DNA of 64,000 nt from Gammaproteobacteria bacterium. GTDB taxonomy: Bacteria > Pseudomonadota > Gammaproteobacteria > SZUA-152. Position 1 is the first letter of the stretch. Each line of letters opens with the position of its first letter. The DNA lies in assembly GCA_021647505.1 (NCBI GenBank), contig JAKIUN010000004.1, positions 18,210 through 82,209 on the forward strand, given 5' to 3'. Of the stretch, positions 1 to 8,760 are shown piece after piece. Under the pieces are notes generated by a model. The model made no database searches. It saw only the letters and a list, made by a program, of their open reading frames with translations, and was not told where the DNA came from. A program made the translations under genes and the position numbers.

Positions 1-32
1 GCAAGGCTGCGCGCATCAAGGAAAAGCTCTAA
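1..32 (+). CDS. rplS: 50S ribosomal protein L19, 3' end only (window edge)
   Basis: Reads ...KAARIKEKL*, the conserved L19 C-terminus; followed by an intrinsic terminator. Confidence 0.85.
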   Translation, partial: KAARIKEKL

Positions 33-107
33 ACACGCTGCTCCCAGACGGCGATGAGGCTGTGCGTCCCTGTGACAATGTTCGGGAGCGATTTGTTGGT
101 AAAGAAT

Positions 108-133
108 GCCCGGCCTGTGCCGGGCGTTTTTTT
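108..133 (+). terminator. Rho-independent terminator of the rplS operon
   Basis: GCCCGGC-CTGT-GCCGGGC stem-loop followed by G and T7. Confidence 0.85.
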
Positions 134-174
134 GTCCTGGATTTGTGGCTCCATGCGAGGGGGGTAACGAAGTG

Positions 175-660
175 ATGTCGAGACCCGCAGATTTTGATGC
201 GATCATGCCGTTGTCTTTGTTGCCTGGTGCATGGATGCTGGGGATTCGTACCACTGCGCGGGGATTGAGCGGTATAGAGTTCCTGCCCTTGCAGCCCGGT
301 GTTGCCCCGGGGACGGTATTGGCGGAGCGGGTGGCGAGGCAGCTCGAAAATTACTTTGCCGACCCTGAATGGCAGTTTGAGGTGCCGTTGGACTTGCAGG
401 GTAGCGAATTTCAGTTACGGGTCTGGCGATATTTGGGGGAGATTCCAGCTGGCCGACCGCTGAGCTACGGCGGGCTTGCGGCCAATATCGGCAGTGGCGC
501 GCGTGCGGTGGGCAACGCCTGCCGCAGAAATCCCGTGCCGCTGGTGCTGCCCTGTCACCGTGTGGTGGCGAAGTCCGGCTTGGGTGGTTTCGCCGGGAGC
601 ACACGAGGTGGATTCATGCCGATCAAGCAAGCCCTGCTGGCCCATGAGTCGCAACACTGA
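175..660 (+). CDS. ogt: Methylated-DNA--protein-cysteine methyltransferase
   Basis: Contains FQLRVW..IPAG..SYG, ARAVGNAC..NP and the active-site PCHRV. Start moved to ATG 175 because ATG 106 lies in the terminator. Confidence 0.92.
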   Translation: MSRPADFDAIMPLSLLPGAWMLGIRTTARGLSGIEFLPLQPGVAPGTVLAERVARQLENYFADPEWQFEVPLDLQGSEFQLRVWRYLGEIPAGRPLSYGGLAANIGSGARAVGNACRRNPVPLVLPCHRVVAKSGLGGFAGSTRGGFMPIKQALLAHESQH

Positions 661-1564
661 AATGGCGCTGGCCGACAGCGAACAGACGGAAATTGAACGT
701 TTCCTCGATGCCCTGTGGATGGAGCGGGGCCTGAGTGCCAATACCCTGTTGGCCTATCGGCGGGATCTGGAAGGCTTTACGCGATGGCTGATGACGCAGG
801 ACTGCGGGCTGTTGCAGGCTGGGCGTGGCCAGTTGCAGGACTTTCTTGCCTGGCGGCATCAGGCTGGCAGCCAGCCCCGCAGCATCGCCCGGCAGCTTTC
901 GTGTCTGCGGCGCTTTTACCGGTTTTCTGTTCGGGAAGGCCGCATACAGCAGGATCCGACGGAGCGCATCGATGCGCCAAAGATCGGGCGCCCACTGCCG
1001 GAGGCGCTGACCGAAGCTGACGTCGAGGCCCTGCTGGCGGCGCCACAGACCGGTGATGTGTTGGGCTTGCGCGACCGGGCCATGCTGGAGCTGTTGTATG
1101 CCACCGGCCTGCGAGTCTCTGAGCTGGTGAACCTGAAGCTGGGGGAGGTCAACACGCGCCAGGGCGTGCTGTGTACCCAGGGTAAGGGCGGCAAGGTACG
1201 CTTGGTGCCGTTGGGCGAGGAGGCGCTGGATTGGCTGGCGCGCTACCTGTCGACGGCCCGGCTGGAATTGCTCAGGGGGCGGTTGTGCGATGCTGTCTTT
1301 GTTACCCGGCGCGGCGGGCCGCTGACGCGACAGGCCTTCTGGTACCTCATCAAGCGCCATGCGCAGCAAGCCGGTATTCACAAACACCTGTCGCCGCATA
1401 CCCTGCGTCACAGCTTCGCCACCCACCTGCTCAATCACGGCGCTGACCTGCGTGTGGTGCAGATGTTGCTTGGCCACAGTGACTTGTCCACGACACAAAT
1501 TTATACTCATGTGGCCAATGAGCGACTGAAAGAGCTGCATGCGGCGCATCATCCGCGTGGTTGA
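644..1564 (+). CDS. xerD: Tyrosine recombinase XerD
   Basis: Contains [68 protein letters not shown] and a C-terminal HHPRG. Start ATG 644 (or 662). Confidence 0.96.
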   Translation: MSRNTEMALADSEQTEIERFLDALWMERGLSANTLLAYRRDLEGFTRWLMTQDCGLLQAGRGQLQDFLAWRHQAGSQPRSIARQLSCLRRFYRFSVREGRIQQDPTERIDAPKIGRPLPEALTEADVEALLAAPQTGDVLGLRDRAMLELLYATGLRVSELVNLKLGEVNTRQGVLCTQGKGGKVRLVPLGEEALDWLARYLSTARLELLRGRLCDAVFVTRRGGPLTRQAFWYLIKRHAQQAGIHKHLSPHTLRHSFATHLLNHGADLRVVQMLLGHSDLSTTQIYTHVANERLKELHAAHHPRG

Positions 1565-1611
1565 CGTACGATGAATCGCGTGATGGACAGATAACAGATA
1601 GAGGATTCGCT

Positions 1612-2094
1612 ATGCCGTCTTTTGATGTGGTTTCCGAAGTGGATATGCACGAGCTGGGCAATGCCGTGGATCAGGCCAATCGTGAAGTGAATACCCGTTT
1701 CGATTTCAAAGGTGCGGATGCCCATATTGAATCATCGGGCGCTGAGATCACGCTTTCCGCAGAAAATGAGTTCCAGCTACAGCAGATGATGGATATTTTG
1801 CAGAAAAAGATGGTCAAACGCGGAGTGGATATCGGCTGCCTCGATATCGCTGAGGCCGAGAGCAGTGGCATCCGCGCCAAACAGAAGGTGACCGTAAGGC
1901 AGGGTGTGGACAAAGAGGCGGCACGTAAAATCGTCAAGCTGATTAAGGAGATGAAACTCAAAATTCAGGCGGCGATACAGGGTGAGCAGGTGCGTGTTAC
2001 GGCAAAAAAACGCGATGACCTACAGCAGGTAATGGCCATGCTGCGTGAACAGAAGCTGGATTTACCGCTGCAATTTACCAACTTCAGAGACTAA
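1612..2094 (+). CDS. yajQ: YajQ-family cyclic-di-GMP-binding protein
   Basis: [11 protein letters not shown]...RFDFKG...KKRDDLQ...QFTNFRD; GAGG RBS upstream of ATG 1612. Confidence 0.95.
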   Translation: MPSFDVVSEVDMHELGNAVDQANREVNTRFDFKGADAHIESSGAEITLSAENEFQLQQMMDILQKKMVKRGVDIGCLDIAEAESSGIRAKQKVTVRQGVDKEAARKIVKLIKEMKLKIQAAIQGEQVRVTAKKRDDLQQVMAMLREQKLDLPLQFTNFRD

Positions 2095-2170
2095 CAATCC
2101 GATCGGGATCCGTCATACAGTCACGGATTCAGGCGCAACAAAAACAGCCGGGTGCTGACGAGGATGATGA

Positions 2171-2911
2171 ATGAATAAAATGACACGTGGAATACTGCTG
2201 ACCTTTCTGGCCTTGCCCCTGATGTTGGTGGCGGCCGGGAGCAATGTCTCCGCAGGCGAGAGCGAGGATTTGACGGCGGTAAAGGAGGCGTTGAAGGCCG
2301 CAGTACCGCAGTCCGACCCCGATAGTCTGACGGCCTCTCCCTTTCCCGGCATGTACGAAGCTGTCTATGGTGCGCAGGTTTTCTACATATCCAGTGACGG
2401 GCGCTATCTGTTGGAAGGCGACCTGTTCGATTTAAAGACCCGCACCAATTTGTCGGAGCTTAAGCGTCAGGTGGGGCGTGCCAAGGTGGTGAATGCTATT
2501 GACCCCAAGACGATGATCATTTTTGCGGCCGAAAATCCCAAGTACATCGTCAACGCATTTACCGATATCGACTGTGGTTACTGCCGTAAGCTGCACCGCG
2601 AAATGGCCGACTACAACAAGCTGGGTATTACCATGCGTTATCTGGCCTTTCCGCGCGCGGGAGTGAATTCGGAGTCATACCAGAAGGCCGTGTCTGTTTG
2701 GTGTGCGGAAGACCGAGAGACGGCCATGACTGAGGCCAAATTAGGCGCGACACCCGCAAAGCGTGAGTGTGACAATCCGGTGCAGGCGCACATGACCGCT
2801 GCCCGTGTCGTTGGCGTGAGTGGCACCCCCTCGTTGGTGCTGGATACTGGACGGGTTATTCCGGGCTATGTGGAGCCGCAGCGCCTGTTGCAGATGCTGG
2901 AACAGCCTTAG
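2171..2911 (+). CDS. dsbC: Disulfide isomerase DsbC
   Basis: Signal peptide, FTDIDCGYCRKLH, AFPRAG and GTP cis-Pro loop; xerD-dsbC synteny. Confidence 0.93.
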   Translation: MNKMTRGILLTFLALPLMLVAAGSNVSAGESEDLTAVKEALKAAVPQSDPDSLTASPFPGMYEAVYGAQVFYISSDGRYLLEGDLFDLKTRTNLSELKRQVGRAKVVNAIDPKTMIIFAAENPKYIVNAFTDIDCGYCRKLHREMADYNKLGITMRYLAFPRAGVNSESYQKAVSVWCAEDRETAMTEAKLGATPAKRECDNPVQAHMTAARVVGVSGTPSLVLDTGRVIPGYVEPQRLLQMLEQP

Positions 2912-2999
2912 ATAGAGCGGTTCAGCAAGTGCTCCTGCGGTGCCATGAACGCTGCAGGTCACCGTGGATCGCCAATACTGACTTGATGATGAATCACTT

Positions 3000-3035
3000 A
3001 CCTGGATATTTCATGGATTTATGAAATATCCAGGT
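3000..3035. repeat. Perfect 15-bp inverted repeat
   Basis: ACCTGGATATTTCAT-GGATTT-ATGAAATATCCAGGT. Confidence 0.85.
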
Positions 3036-3070
3036 GATCATGTCTTGCCAACCGTCTGCAGCCCCGATTT

Positions 3071-3088
3071 TGTAGGAATTTTCTGAAA
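3071..3088 (+). promoter_or_regulatory. Putative GacA/UvrY upstream activating box
   Basis: TGTAGG-AATTTT-CTGAAA versus consensus TGTAAG-N6-CTTACA (9/12), about 200 bp upstream of the GGA-rich RNA. IHF-like sites lie at 3171-3183 and 3229-3240. Confidence 0.5.
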
Positions 3089-3268
3089 TCTCTGTAAGCT
3101 CTCAAGGGCTCGATGTAGGTCACTGTCGGGTGCAGGTGAATTACCGGCTTGTTTATATTGCAAAAAATGAAATCAAATCGTTTGTTATCTGTAAATCGTA
3201 TTTTGACTGCCTGTTTTTCCCCTCTTGTTAAGTCATTGTTCTCTGATATCCTCTTGCTCAAGTTCTTC

Positions 3269-3403
3269 TTTGCCCTCGGGCAAACCAAGGATGACATCAG
3301 GGATGGCCACAGGGAAGTTGTCGAAGGATCGACGCGGTCGGGGATTGACCGGCAAGGAGGTAACGGAGGCGGCTACCGGGACGGGTCGCCTCCGCTTTTT
3401 TTT
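3269..3403 (+). ncRNA. RsmZ/RsmY/CsrB-like CsrA-sequestering sRNA (5' end approximate)
   Basis: Eight GGA motifs in about 100 nt, several in hairpin loops (GTCGA-AGGA-TCGAC; CGGTC-GGGGATT-GACCG), ending in GGAGGCGGC...GTCGCCTCC plus T8. Adjacent to fdxA, as Pseudomonas rsmZ is. Confidence 0.8.
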
Positions 3404-3527
3404 GAGGGCGTCCAAAACAACCTGCTACAGTAAGCGATTCACATCCTGCCCGTATTATTCTGCCGCAGTACTGACTCACCAATGGGCTTTGCAGCGCAAT
3501 TCCTGATGTTGCGCTGAGACAAGGCCG

Positions 3528-3851
3528 TCAGCGTTCGAGATATTTTAGTTTATCGGGTTTACCATCCCATTCCTTGGCATCGGGCGGGGGATCCTTCATT
3601 TCCGTGATCACCGGCCACCCCTTCGCCAGTTCGGCATTCAATTCCAGAAAATGCTCCTGATCCTCCGGCACGTCGTCCTCGGCAAAGATGGCTTCGGCCG
3701 GACATTCGGGTACGCAGAGGGTGCAGTCAATACATTCCTCTGGATTGATGACCAGGAAATTGGGGCCTTCGTGGAAGCAGTCCACCGGGCACACTTCTAC
3801 ACAATCCGTGTACTTACATTTGATGCAGTTTTCGGTGACAACGTAGGTCAT
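3528..3851 (-). CDS. fdxA: 7Fe ferredoxin
   Basis: [26 protein letters not shown]...[12 protein letters not shown]; 107 aa. Confidence 0.96.
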   Translation of the reverse strand: MTYVVTENCIKCKYTDCVEVCPVDCFHEGPNFLVINPEECIDCTLCVPECPAEAIFAEDDVPEDQEHFLELNAELAKGWPVITEMKDPPPDAKEWDGKPDKLKYLER

Positions 3852-3894
3852 GAGATTTCTCCGACTGGATGGCGCGCGCGGTAATCACGGGTGG

Positions 3895-4166
3895 CTAGGG
3901 TCTGTTGATGTTTCATTTTCATCCCTGTTGCGCCTGAAAACGTGCCAATCAAGGCGCGAGGAGAGAGGTTTGGTTGTCACCCAATGAACGACGAGCAACG
4001 CCGAGTGGCGCGTTTTCAGGCGCAACCCGCAGGGCTGGGCCGCTTTTTCCGTCCTGCTGCATTGTCAATCGCCCGTGCAGAACAACTACACGGCGTTTCT
4101 TCCGCCTTGCAGGGCGAAAAAAAGCGGCTCCAGCAGTGGTGAAAATGAAACATCAACAGACCCTAG
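3895..4166. mobile_element. MITE with perfect 27-bp terminal inverted repeats (IS5-like CTAG ends) and two internal hairpin units
   Basis: CTAGGGTCTGTTGATGTTTCATTTTCA (3895-3921) and its exact reverse complement (4140-4166); internal IRs at 3927-3947/4006-4026 and about 4034-4057/4109-4134. Confidence 0.88.
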
Positions 4167-4253
4167 TGTAAAGGGTACTTCAAATTATGAGAAGCGCCCT
4201 GTAGCCTGTGACAGAAAATTGGCCGTGAATTTGATATTTGGCATGGAGATAAT

Positions 4254-5612
4254 ATGAAGAGACATTTTGTGCGTGGTTTACTGGTTCTGTTTTGCGGCCT
4301 GTTGTTGATCGCCTGCGAGGAAGATGCCCCGCCGCTCGAATGGGTGCCGGGTTGGCAGCAGGGCCCAAACACCCTGGTGAGCCGCTCTGGTGCAGCTGCA
4401 CTGGAGATCAACGGCGTCATTCATCTCATCGGCGGGGTGGATGGTCGTGAATTCCGCGCCAGTTCAGAGTATGCCCGTATCCTGCCTGATGGCAGTCTGT
4501 CCGATTGGCAGTCGGGGCCGCCCCTCAATGTGGAACGGGGCTTTTTTACCGCCACAGTGAGTGGCAAGTACGTTTATGTCGCCGGCGGAGGGCGTGGCCC
4601 CAACGGTAGTATTCAGCTCGCCTCGGTGGAGCGTGCGGAGATTCTCGCCGACGGTACACTTGGCCCCTGGCAGTTGGAAAAATACGCACTGAATGTCAAA
4701 CGGCGCTGCTCGCGCCTGTTGGTGTTGGGTAACCATATTTACGCCTTTGGCGGCTTCGGCGGCACCCTGCTGGATACGGTGGAAAGCACCAGGATTCTAC
4801 CCGATGGCTCGCTGGATGAGTGGCTGGTGCGGGACGAGCGTATGACGGTGGCGCGTTATATTTCCGGCTCATTGGCGGCCGATGGCCGGGCCTATCTGAT
4901 CGGTGGTCACGACAAGGTGCGAGGGGTGGGCATCAAAAACGTGGAATGGAGTCACGAGACGGCCGATGAGCCGGGCTTTATTGATCCCTGGCAGGTCACG
5001 GCGCCGCTGCTCACCGGGCGTTACGGGCTGGAGGTGGCGCGTCATGGCGACTATCTCTATGCCGTTGGTGGGCTCGACGGCGCACGCTATCTCGACAGTA
5101 TCGAAAAGGCCCGCTTGAAGCCTGAGGGTGGGATTGAGGCCTGGGCTGAAAGCACGCCCATGGCCTCGCCGCGTGAAGGCATGAATGTCATCGTCAAGAA
5201 TGATCAAATCTACGTCATCGGTGGTGGCAATTTGCAGGGTTACCCCGGCAGCGTGGAATACGCCACCTTCGATGCTAATGGCGACATTGGTTTCTGGGCC
5301 ATGCCAGAGGCGGCGAAAAGGCATCGCGAGGCCATTGCTGCGCGCGAGGCGGCCAGGGCGGTGTTGCCCAATGAGGCGGTGATTGTGGAGAATATCAAGA
5401 CCGACGGCTATTCTTATCTGCAGGTAAGGCGTGACGATGGCGCAGTGGCTTGGCTGGCCGGTTCGCGCACGGATCTACCCACGGGCAGCCGTATCCAGTT
5501 TGCCGATGGCGTGTTTATGTCCAACTTCTACAGCAAGGAACTCAAGCGCAATTTCCCGGCAGTGATGTTCATTGGTGAGCTCCGCCCGGTGAAGGCAGAG
5601 AGTGGCGGTTGA
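4254..5612 (+). CDS. Kelch-repeat lipoprotein with C-terminal NrfJ-like (OB-fold) domain
   Basis: Lipobox LLIAC; about six Kelch blades (..IxxDGxLxxW...R...YxxGG); C-terminal GYSYLQV...WLAG...MSNFYSKELKRNF. Confidence 0.75.
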   Translation: MKRHFVRGLLVLFCGLLLIACEEDAPPLEWVPGWQQGPNTLVSRSGAAALEINGVIHLIGGVDGREFRASSEYARILPDGSLSDWQSGPPLNVERGFFTATVSGKYVYVAGGGRGPNGSIQLASVERAEILADGTLGPWQLEKYALNVKRRCSRLLVLGNHIYAFGGFGGTLLDTVESTRILPDGSLDEWLVRDERMTVARYISGSLAADGRAYLIGGHDKVRGVGIKNVEWSHETADEPGFIDPWQVTAPLLTGRYGLEVARHGDYLYAVGGLDGARYLDSIEKARLKPEGGIEAWAESTPMASPREGMNVIVKNDQIYVIGGGNLQGYPGSVEYATFDANGDIGFWAMPEAAKRHREAIAAREAARAVLPNEAVIVENIKTDGYSYLQVRRDDGAVAWLAGSRTDLPTGSRIQFADGVFMSNFYSKELKRNFPAVMFIGELRPVKAESGG

Positions 5613-5657
5613 GCGCGCAGGCATTGATGGGATGTTTGAGGGAGAGGGTATCGACGG

Positions 5658-5801
5658 CAATGCCATTAAGCTAGCACAGTCATGTCTGTTTGGTAGGTTG
5701 GCGGTGAGCCTGCGAACCCCAACGAAACCAGCCATGTTGGGGTTCCTGCGTCACCACCAACCTACAACAAGCAGGACGTTAGGTTTAACTTAATGGTATT
5801 G
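5658..5801. mobile_element. IS4-type-ended MITE carrying a GTAG REP doublet (copy 1)
   Basis: TIRs CAATGCCATTAAGCTA / TAACTTAATGGTATTG; internal GTAGGTTGGCGGTGAGCCTGCGAACCCCAAC...GTTGGGGTTCCTGCGTCACCACCAACCTAC; flanking direct repeats GTATCGACGG (5648-5657) and GTATCGACGA (5802-5811). Confidence 0.85.
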
Positions 5802-5820
5802 GTATCGACGAGCTAAACCA

Positions 5821-5876
5821 GTAGCCTGGGGTGTTGGCACGATAGATTCCCAGGTTTCGCTACGCTCAACCCATAC
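5821..5876. repeat. Degenerate GTAGCC-type REP
   Basis: GTAGCCTGGG...CCCAGG..TTCGCTACGCTCAACCCATAC; resembles the copy at 58591-58621. Confidence 0.5.
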
Positions 5877-8471
5877 TTACTTTGATGTGTTCAGCAATTC
5901 GCGCAGATGATAGAGGGCATCCAGGGCCTGACGGGGCGTGAGATCGTCGGGATCGGTTTCGCGCAGGGCGTCGAGGGCGGGATTGCTGGAATCTTCGCTG
6001 GCTTCGGCGAACAGGGAAAACTGCTGTGCGGCGGGCGGCGCCGATTGTTCGTGCAGACTTTGTGTTTCCAGTCGTTTGAGGTGTTCGCGGGCGCGCTGGA
6101 TCACGGCGGACGGCACGCCGGCCAGGGCGGCGACCTGTAGACCATAGCTTTGATTGGCTGGCCCTTCCTTGACCGTGTGCATAAAGATGATGCCATCGCC
6201 ATGTTCCACGGCATCGAGGTGCACATTGGCCACGCCGGGCAGGTCTTCCGGCAAGGTGGTGAGTTCAAAATAATGCGTGGCGAAGAGGCTGAAGGCGCGC
6301 ACGCCGGCGGCCAGTTGTTCGGCGCAGGCCCAGGCCAGTGACAGGCCGTCGAAGGTGGATGTGCCGCGGCCGACTTCGTCCATCAATACCAGGCTGCGCT
6401 CAGTGGCATTGTGCAGGATATTGGCGGTTTCGGTCATTTCCACCATGAAAGTGGAGCGGCCACCGGCGAGGTCGTCGGAGGCGCCGATGCGGGTAAAAAT
6501 GCGGTCGAAGGGGCCGATCACGGCGCGGCTGGCGGGGACGAAACTGCCGGTGTAGGCGAGCAGGGTGATCAACGCGGTCTGGCGCATGTAGGTGGATTTG
6601 CCGCCCATATTGGGGCCGGTGATGACCAGCATGCGGCGCTGCTCGTCGAAGCGCACGTCGTTGGGGATGAAGGGATCATTGAGCACCTGTTCCACCACCG
6701 GGTGCCGCCCGCTTTCAATTAACAGGCCCGGCGTGTCGCTCATTTCCGGCTGACACAGGTTGAGGCTTTCCGCGCGTTCCGACAGGTTGGCCAGGGCGTC
6801 CAGCTCGGCCAGTGCCGCCGCCGAGTCCTGCAGAGCGGGAAGATATTCCGCCAGATAATCGAACAATTCCTCGTACAGCGCCTTTTCGCGCACCAGGGCG
6901 CGTTCGTTGGCGCTCAGGGCCTTGTCCTCGAAGGCCTTGAGTTCCGGCGTGATGTAGCGCTCTGCACCTTTCAGGGTCTGTCGACGGACATAGTCGGCGG
7001 GTACCTTGTCGGCGTGGATACGGCTGATTTCGATGTAATAACCATGCACGCGGTTGTAGGCGACTTTCAGGGCACTGATGCCGGTGCGCTCGCGTTCGCG
7101 GGTTTCCAGGTCTAACAGGAATTGGCCGGCGTCTTTTTTGATCGAGCGCAGTTCGTCCAATTCTTCGTCGAAGTCAGGGGCGATGACGCCGCCGTCGCGG
7201 ATCAGTACCGGCGGCTCTTCGATGATGGCGCGGACGAGCAATTGGTGCAGTTCGGGGTATTCGCCAATGCGTGCATCGATGCCCTCCAGCGTGTGGCAGT
7301 CCTGGCCAGTGAAAATGCCGGTGAGTGTGCTGCGCAGGCCGGGCAGGCGGCCGAGGGTGGTGCGCAGTTGGGTGAAGTCACGTGGCCGGGCGCTGCGAAT
7401 GGCGATGCGGGCGAGGATACGCTCGACATCGCCGATACCGCGCAGGGTTTCCTGGAGGTCTTCGAAGTGCCGTTGCTCCAGCAATACCGCGACGGCCTGA
7501 TGGCGCTGGCGCAGTGGTGTGTGATCGGCCAGGGGGCGATTAATCCAGCGGCGCAGCAGGCGGCTGCCCATGGGCGTGCTGGTGTGATCCATGACCCAGG
7601 CGAGGGTGTGTTCGCGGCCACCGCTGAGGTTGTTTTCCAGTTCCAGATTGCGCCGGCTGGCGGCGTCCAGCACGATGCTGTCTTCGCGTCGCTCCACATG
7701 CAGGGCGCGGATATGCGGCAGGGCGGTACGCTGGGTATCCTTGACATATTGCAGCGCACAGCCGGCGCTGGCGATGGCCAGGCTCAGACCATCGCAGCCG
7801 AAGCCGGACAGGTCACGGGTGCCGAACTGCTGAGTCAACAGGCGCAGGGCGGTGTCCAGCTCAAAGTGCCACGGGGCCTGCTGGCGCAGGCCGCTGCGTT
7901 CGCCGTCGATGGGCACGGTGGCGTCTTCGTCGACCAGCAGCTCGGCCGGGTTGAGGCGCTCGATCTCGCCATTCAGGGCCTCATGGCCTTCCACCTCAAA
8001 TACCGAAAAACGGCCGCTGCTGACATCGAGTGCGGCGATGCCGTAGCGGCCCTGCTCGCCAGTGACGGCAACCACGAGACTGTCGCGACGTTCTTCCAGC
8101 AGCGCTTCGTCGGTAACCGTGCCGGGGGTGACGATGCGCATGACCTTGCGTTCCACCGGCCCCTTGCTCTTGGCCGGGTCGCCGACCTGTTCGCAGATGG
8201 CGACGGATTCGCCCAGGCGCACCAGTTTGGCGAGATAACCGTCGGCGGCGTGGTAGGGGATGCCGGCCATGGGGATGGGCTCGCCATTGGACTTGCCGCG
8301 TGCGGTGAGGGTGATGTTCAGCAGGCGCGCGGCCTTGCGGGCATCGTCGAAGAACAGTTCGTAGAAATCGCCCATGCGGTAGAACAGCAGAGTGTCCGGA
8401 AAATCGGCCTTGATGCGCAGAAACTGCTGCATCATGGGCGTGTGTTTGTTGGTTTTTTCTTTGGGATCCAT
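5877..8471 (-). CDS. mutS: DNA mismatch repair protein MutS
   Basis: [56 protein letters not shown]; 864 aa. Confidence 0.99.
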   Translation of the reverse strand: MDPKEKTNKHTPMMQQFLRIKADFPDTLLFYRMGDFYELFFDDARKAARLLNITLTARGKSNGEPIPMAGIPYHAADGYLAKLVRLGESVAICEQVGDPAKSKGPVERKVMRIVTPGTVTDEALLEERRDSLVVAVTGEQGRYGIAALDVSSGRFSVFEVEGHEALNGEIERLNPAELLVDEDATVPIDGERSGLRQQAPWHFELDTALRLLTQQFGTRDLSGFGCDGLSLAIASAGCALQYVKDTQRTALPHIRALHVERREDSIVLDAASRRNLELENNLSGGREHTLAWVMDHTSTPMGSRLLRRWINRPLADHTPLRQRHQAVAVLLEQRHFEDLQETLRGIGDVERILARIAIRSARPRDFTQLRTTLGRLPGLRSTLTGIFTGQDCHTLEGIDARIGEYPELHQLLVRAIIEEPPVLIRDGGVIAPDFDEELDELRSIKKDAGQFLLDLETRERERTGISALKVAYNRVHGYYIEISRIHADKVPADYVRRQTLKGAERYITPELKAFEDKALSANERALVREKALYEELFDYLAEYLPALQDSAAALAELDALANLSERAESLNLCQPEMSDTPGLLIESGRHPVVEQVLNDPFIPNDVRFDEQRRMLVITGPNMGGKSTYMRQTALITLLAYTGSFVPASRAVIGPFDRIFTRIGASDDLAGGRSTFMVEMTETANILHNATERSLVLMDEVGRGTSTFDGLSLAWACAEQLAAGVRAFSLFATHYFELTTLPEDLPGVANVHLDAVEHGDGIIFMHTVKEGPANQSYGLQVAALAGVPSAVIQRAREHLKRLETQSLHEQSAPPAAQQFSLFAEASEDSSNPALDALRETDPDDLTPRQALDALYHLRELLNTSK

Positions 8472-8682
8472 GCGGTTATGCTGATTTAGCTATTGATTTG
8501 TAAAATATATTCTATCTCGATAGTTACGCGAAGGGGATAAAAAATCGCCCACCCGTGTAATACTCCGCTGCTTGTCCTTCGTAGACACCGGGCGATGTGA
8601 TATTTATGAGAAAATTATCAGACCATGTTGCTTATGGTCTGAGGGGTTGTTTTACTGTGGATGGATTGTTGGGGTGGAAGGA

Positions 8683-8748
8683 TCAAAGGTGTTTCATCGG
8701 ATCCATGTTCTGATGAAGCACCCGCACAATCGTAATTCCGTGAAAATC
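8683..8748 (-). pseudogene. C-terminal fragment of a ParE/RelE-family toxin
   Basis: Hand translation DFHGITIVRVLHQNMDPMKHL* matches the ParE tail (IxRVLHxxMD). It ends at the GGGGTCAGGTC motif at 8751. Confidence 0.6.
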
Positions 8749-8760
8749 AAGGGGGTCAGG

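Noticed and set aside
644-1564. Tyrosine recombinase as an integron or phage integrase
   Set aside because: Typical XerD in xerD-dsbC context; no IntI insertion and no attC array.
3149-3506. Short ORFs in the dsbC-fdxA gap
   Set aside because: They overlap the sRNA and its promoter and show no protein features.
7122-8489. 455-aa ORF antisense to mutS, and similar long antisense ORFs (623-1552, 23765-24490, 30849-31745, 46659-47786, 59720-60559, 62484-63461)
   Set aside because: Shadow frames of GC-rich genes; no recognisable motifs.
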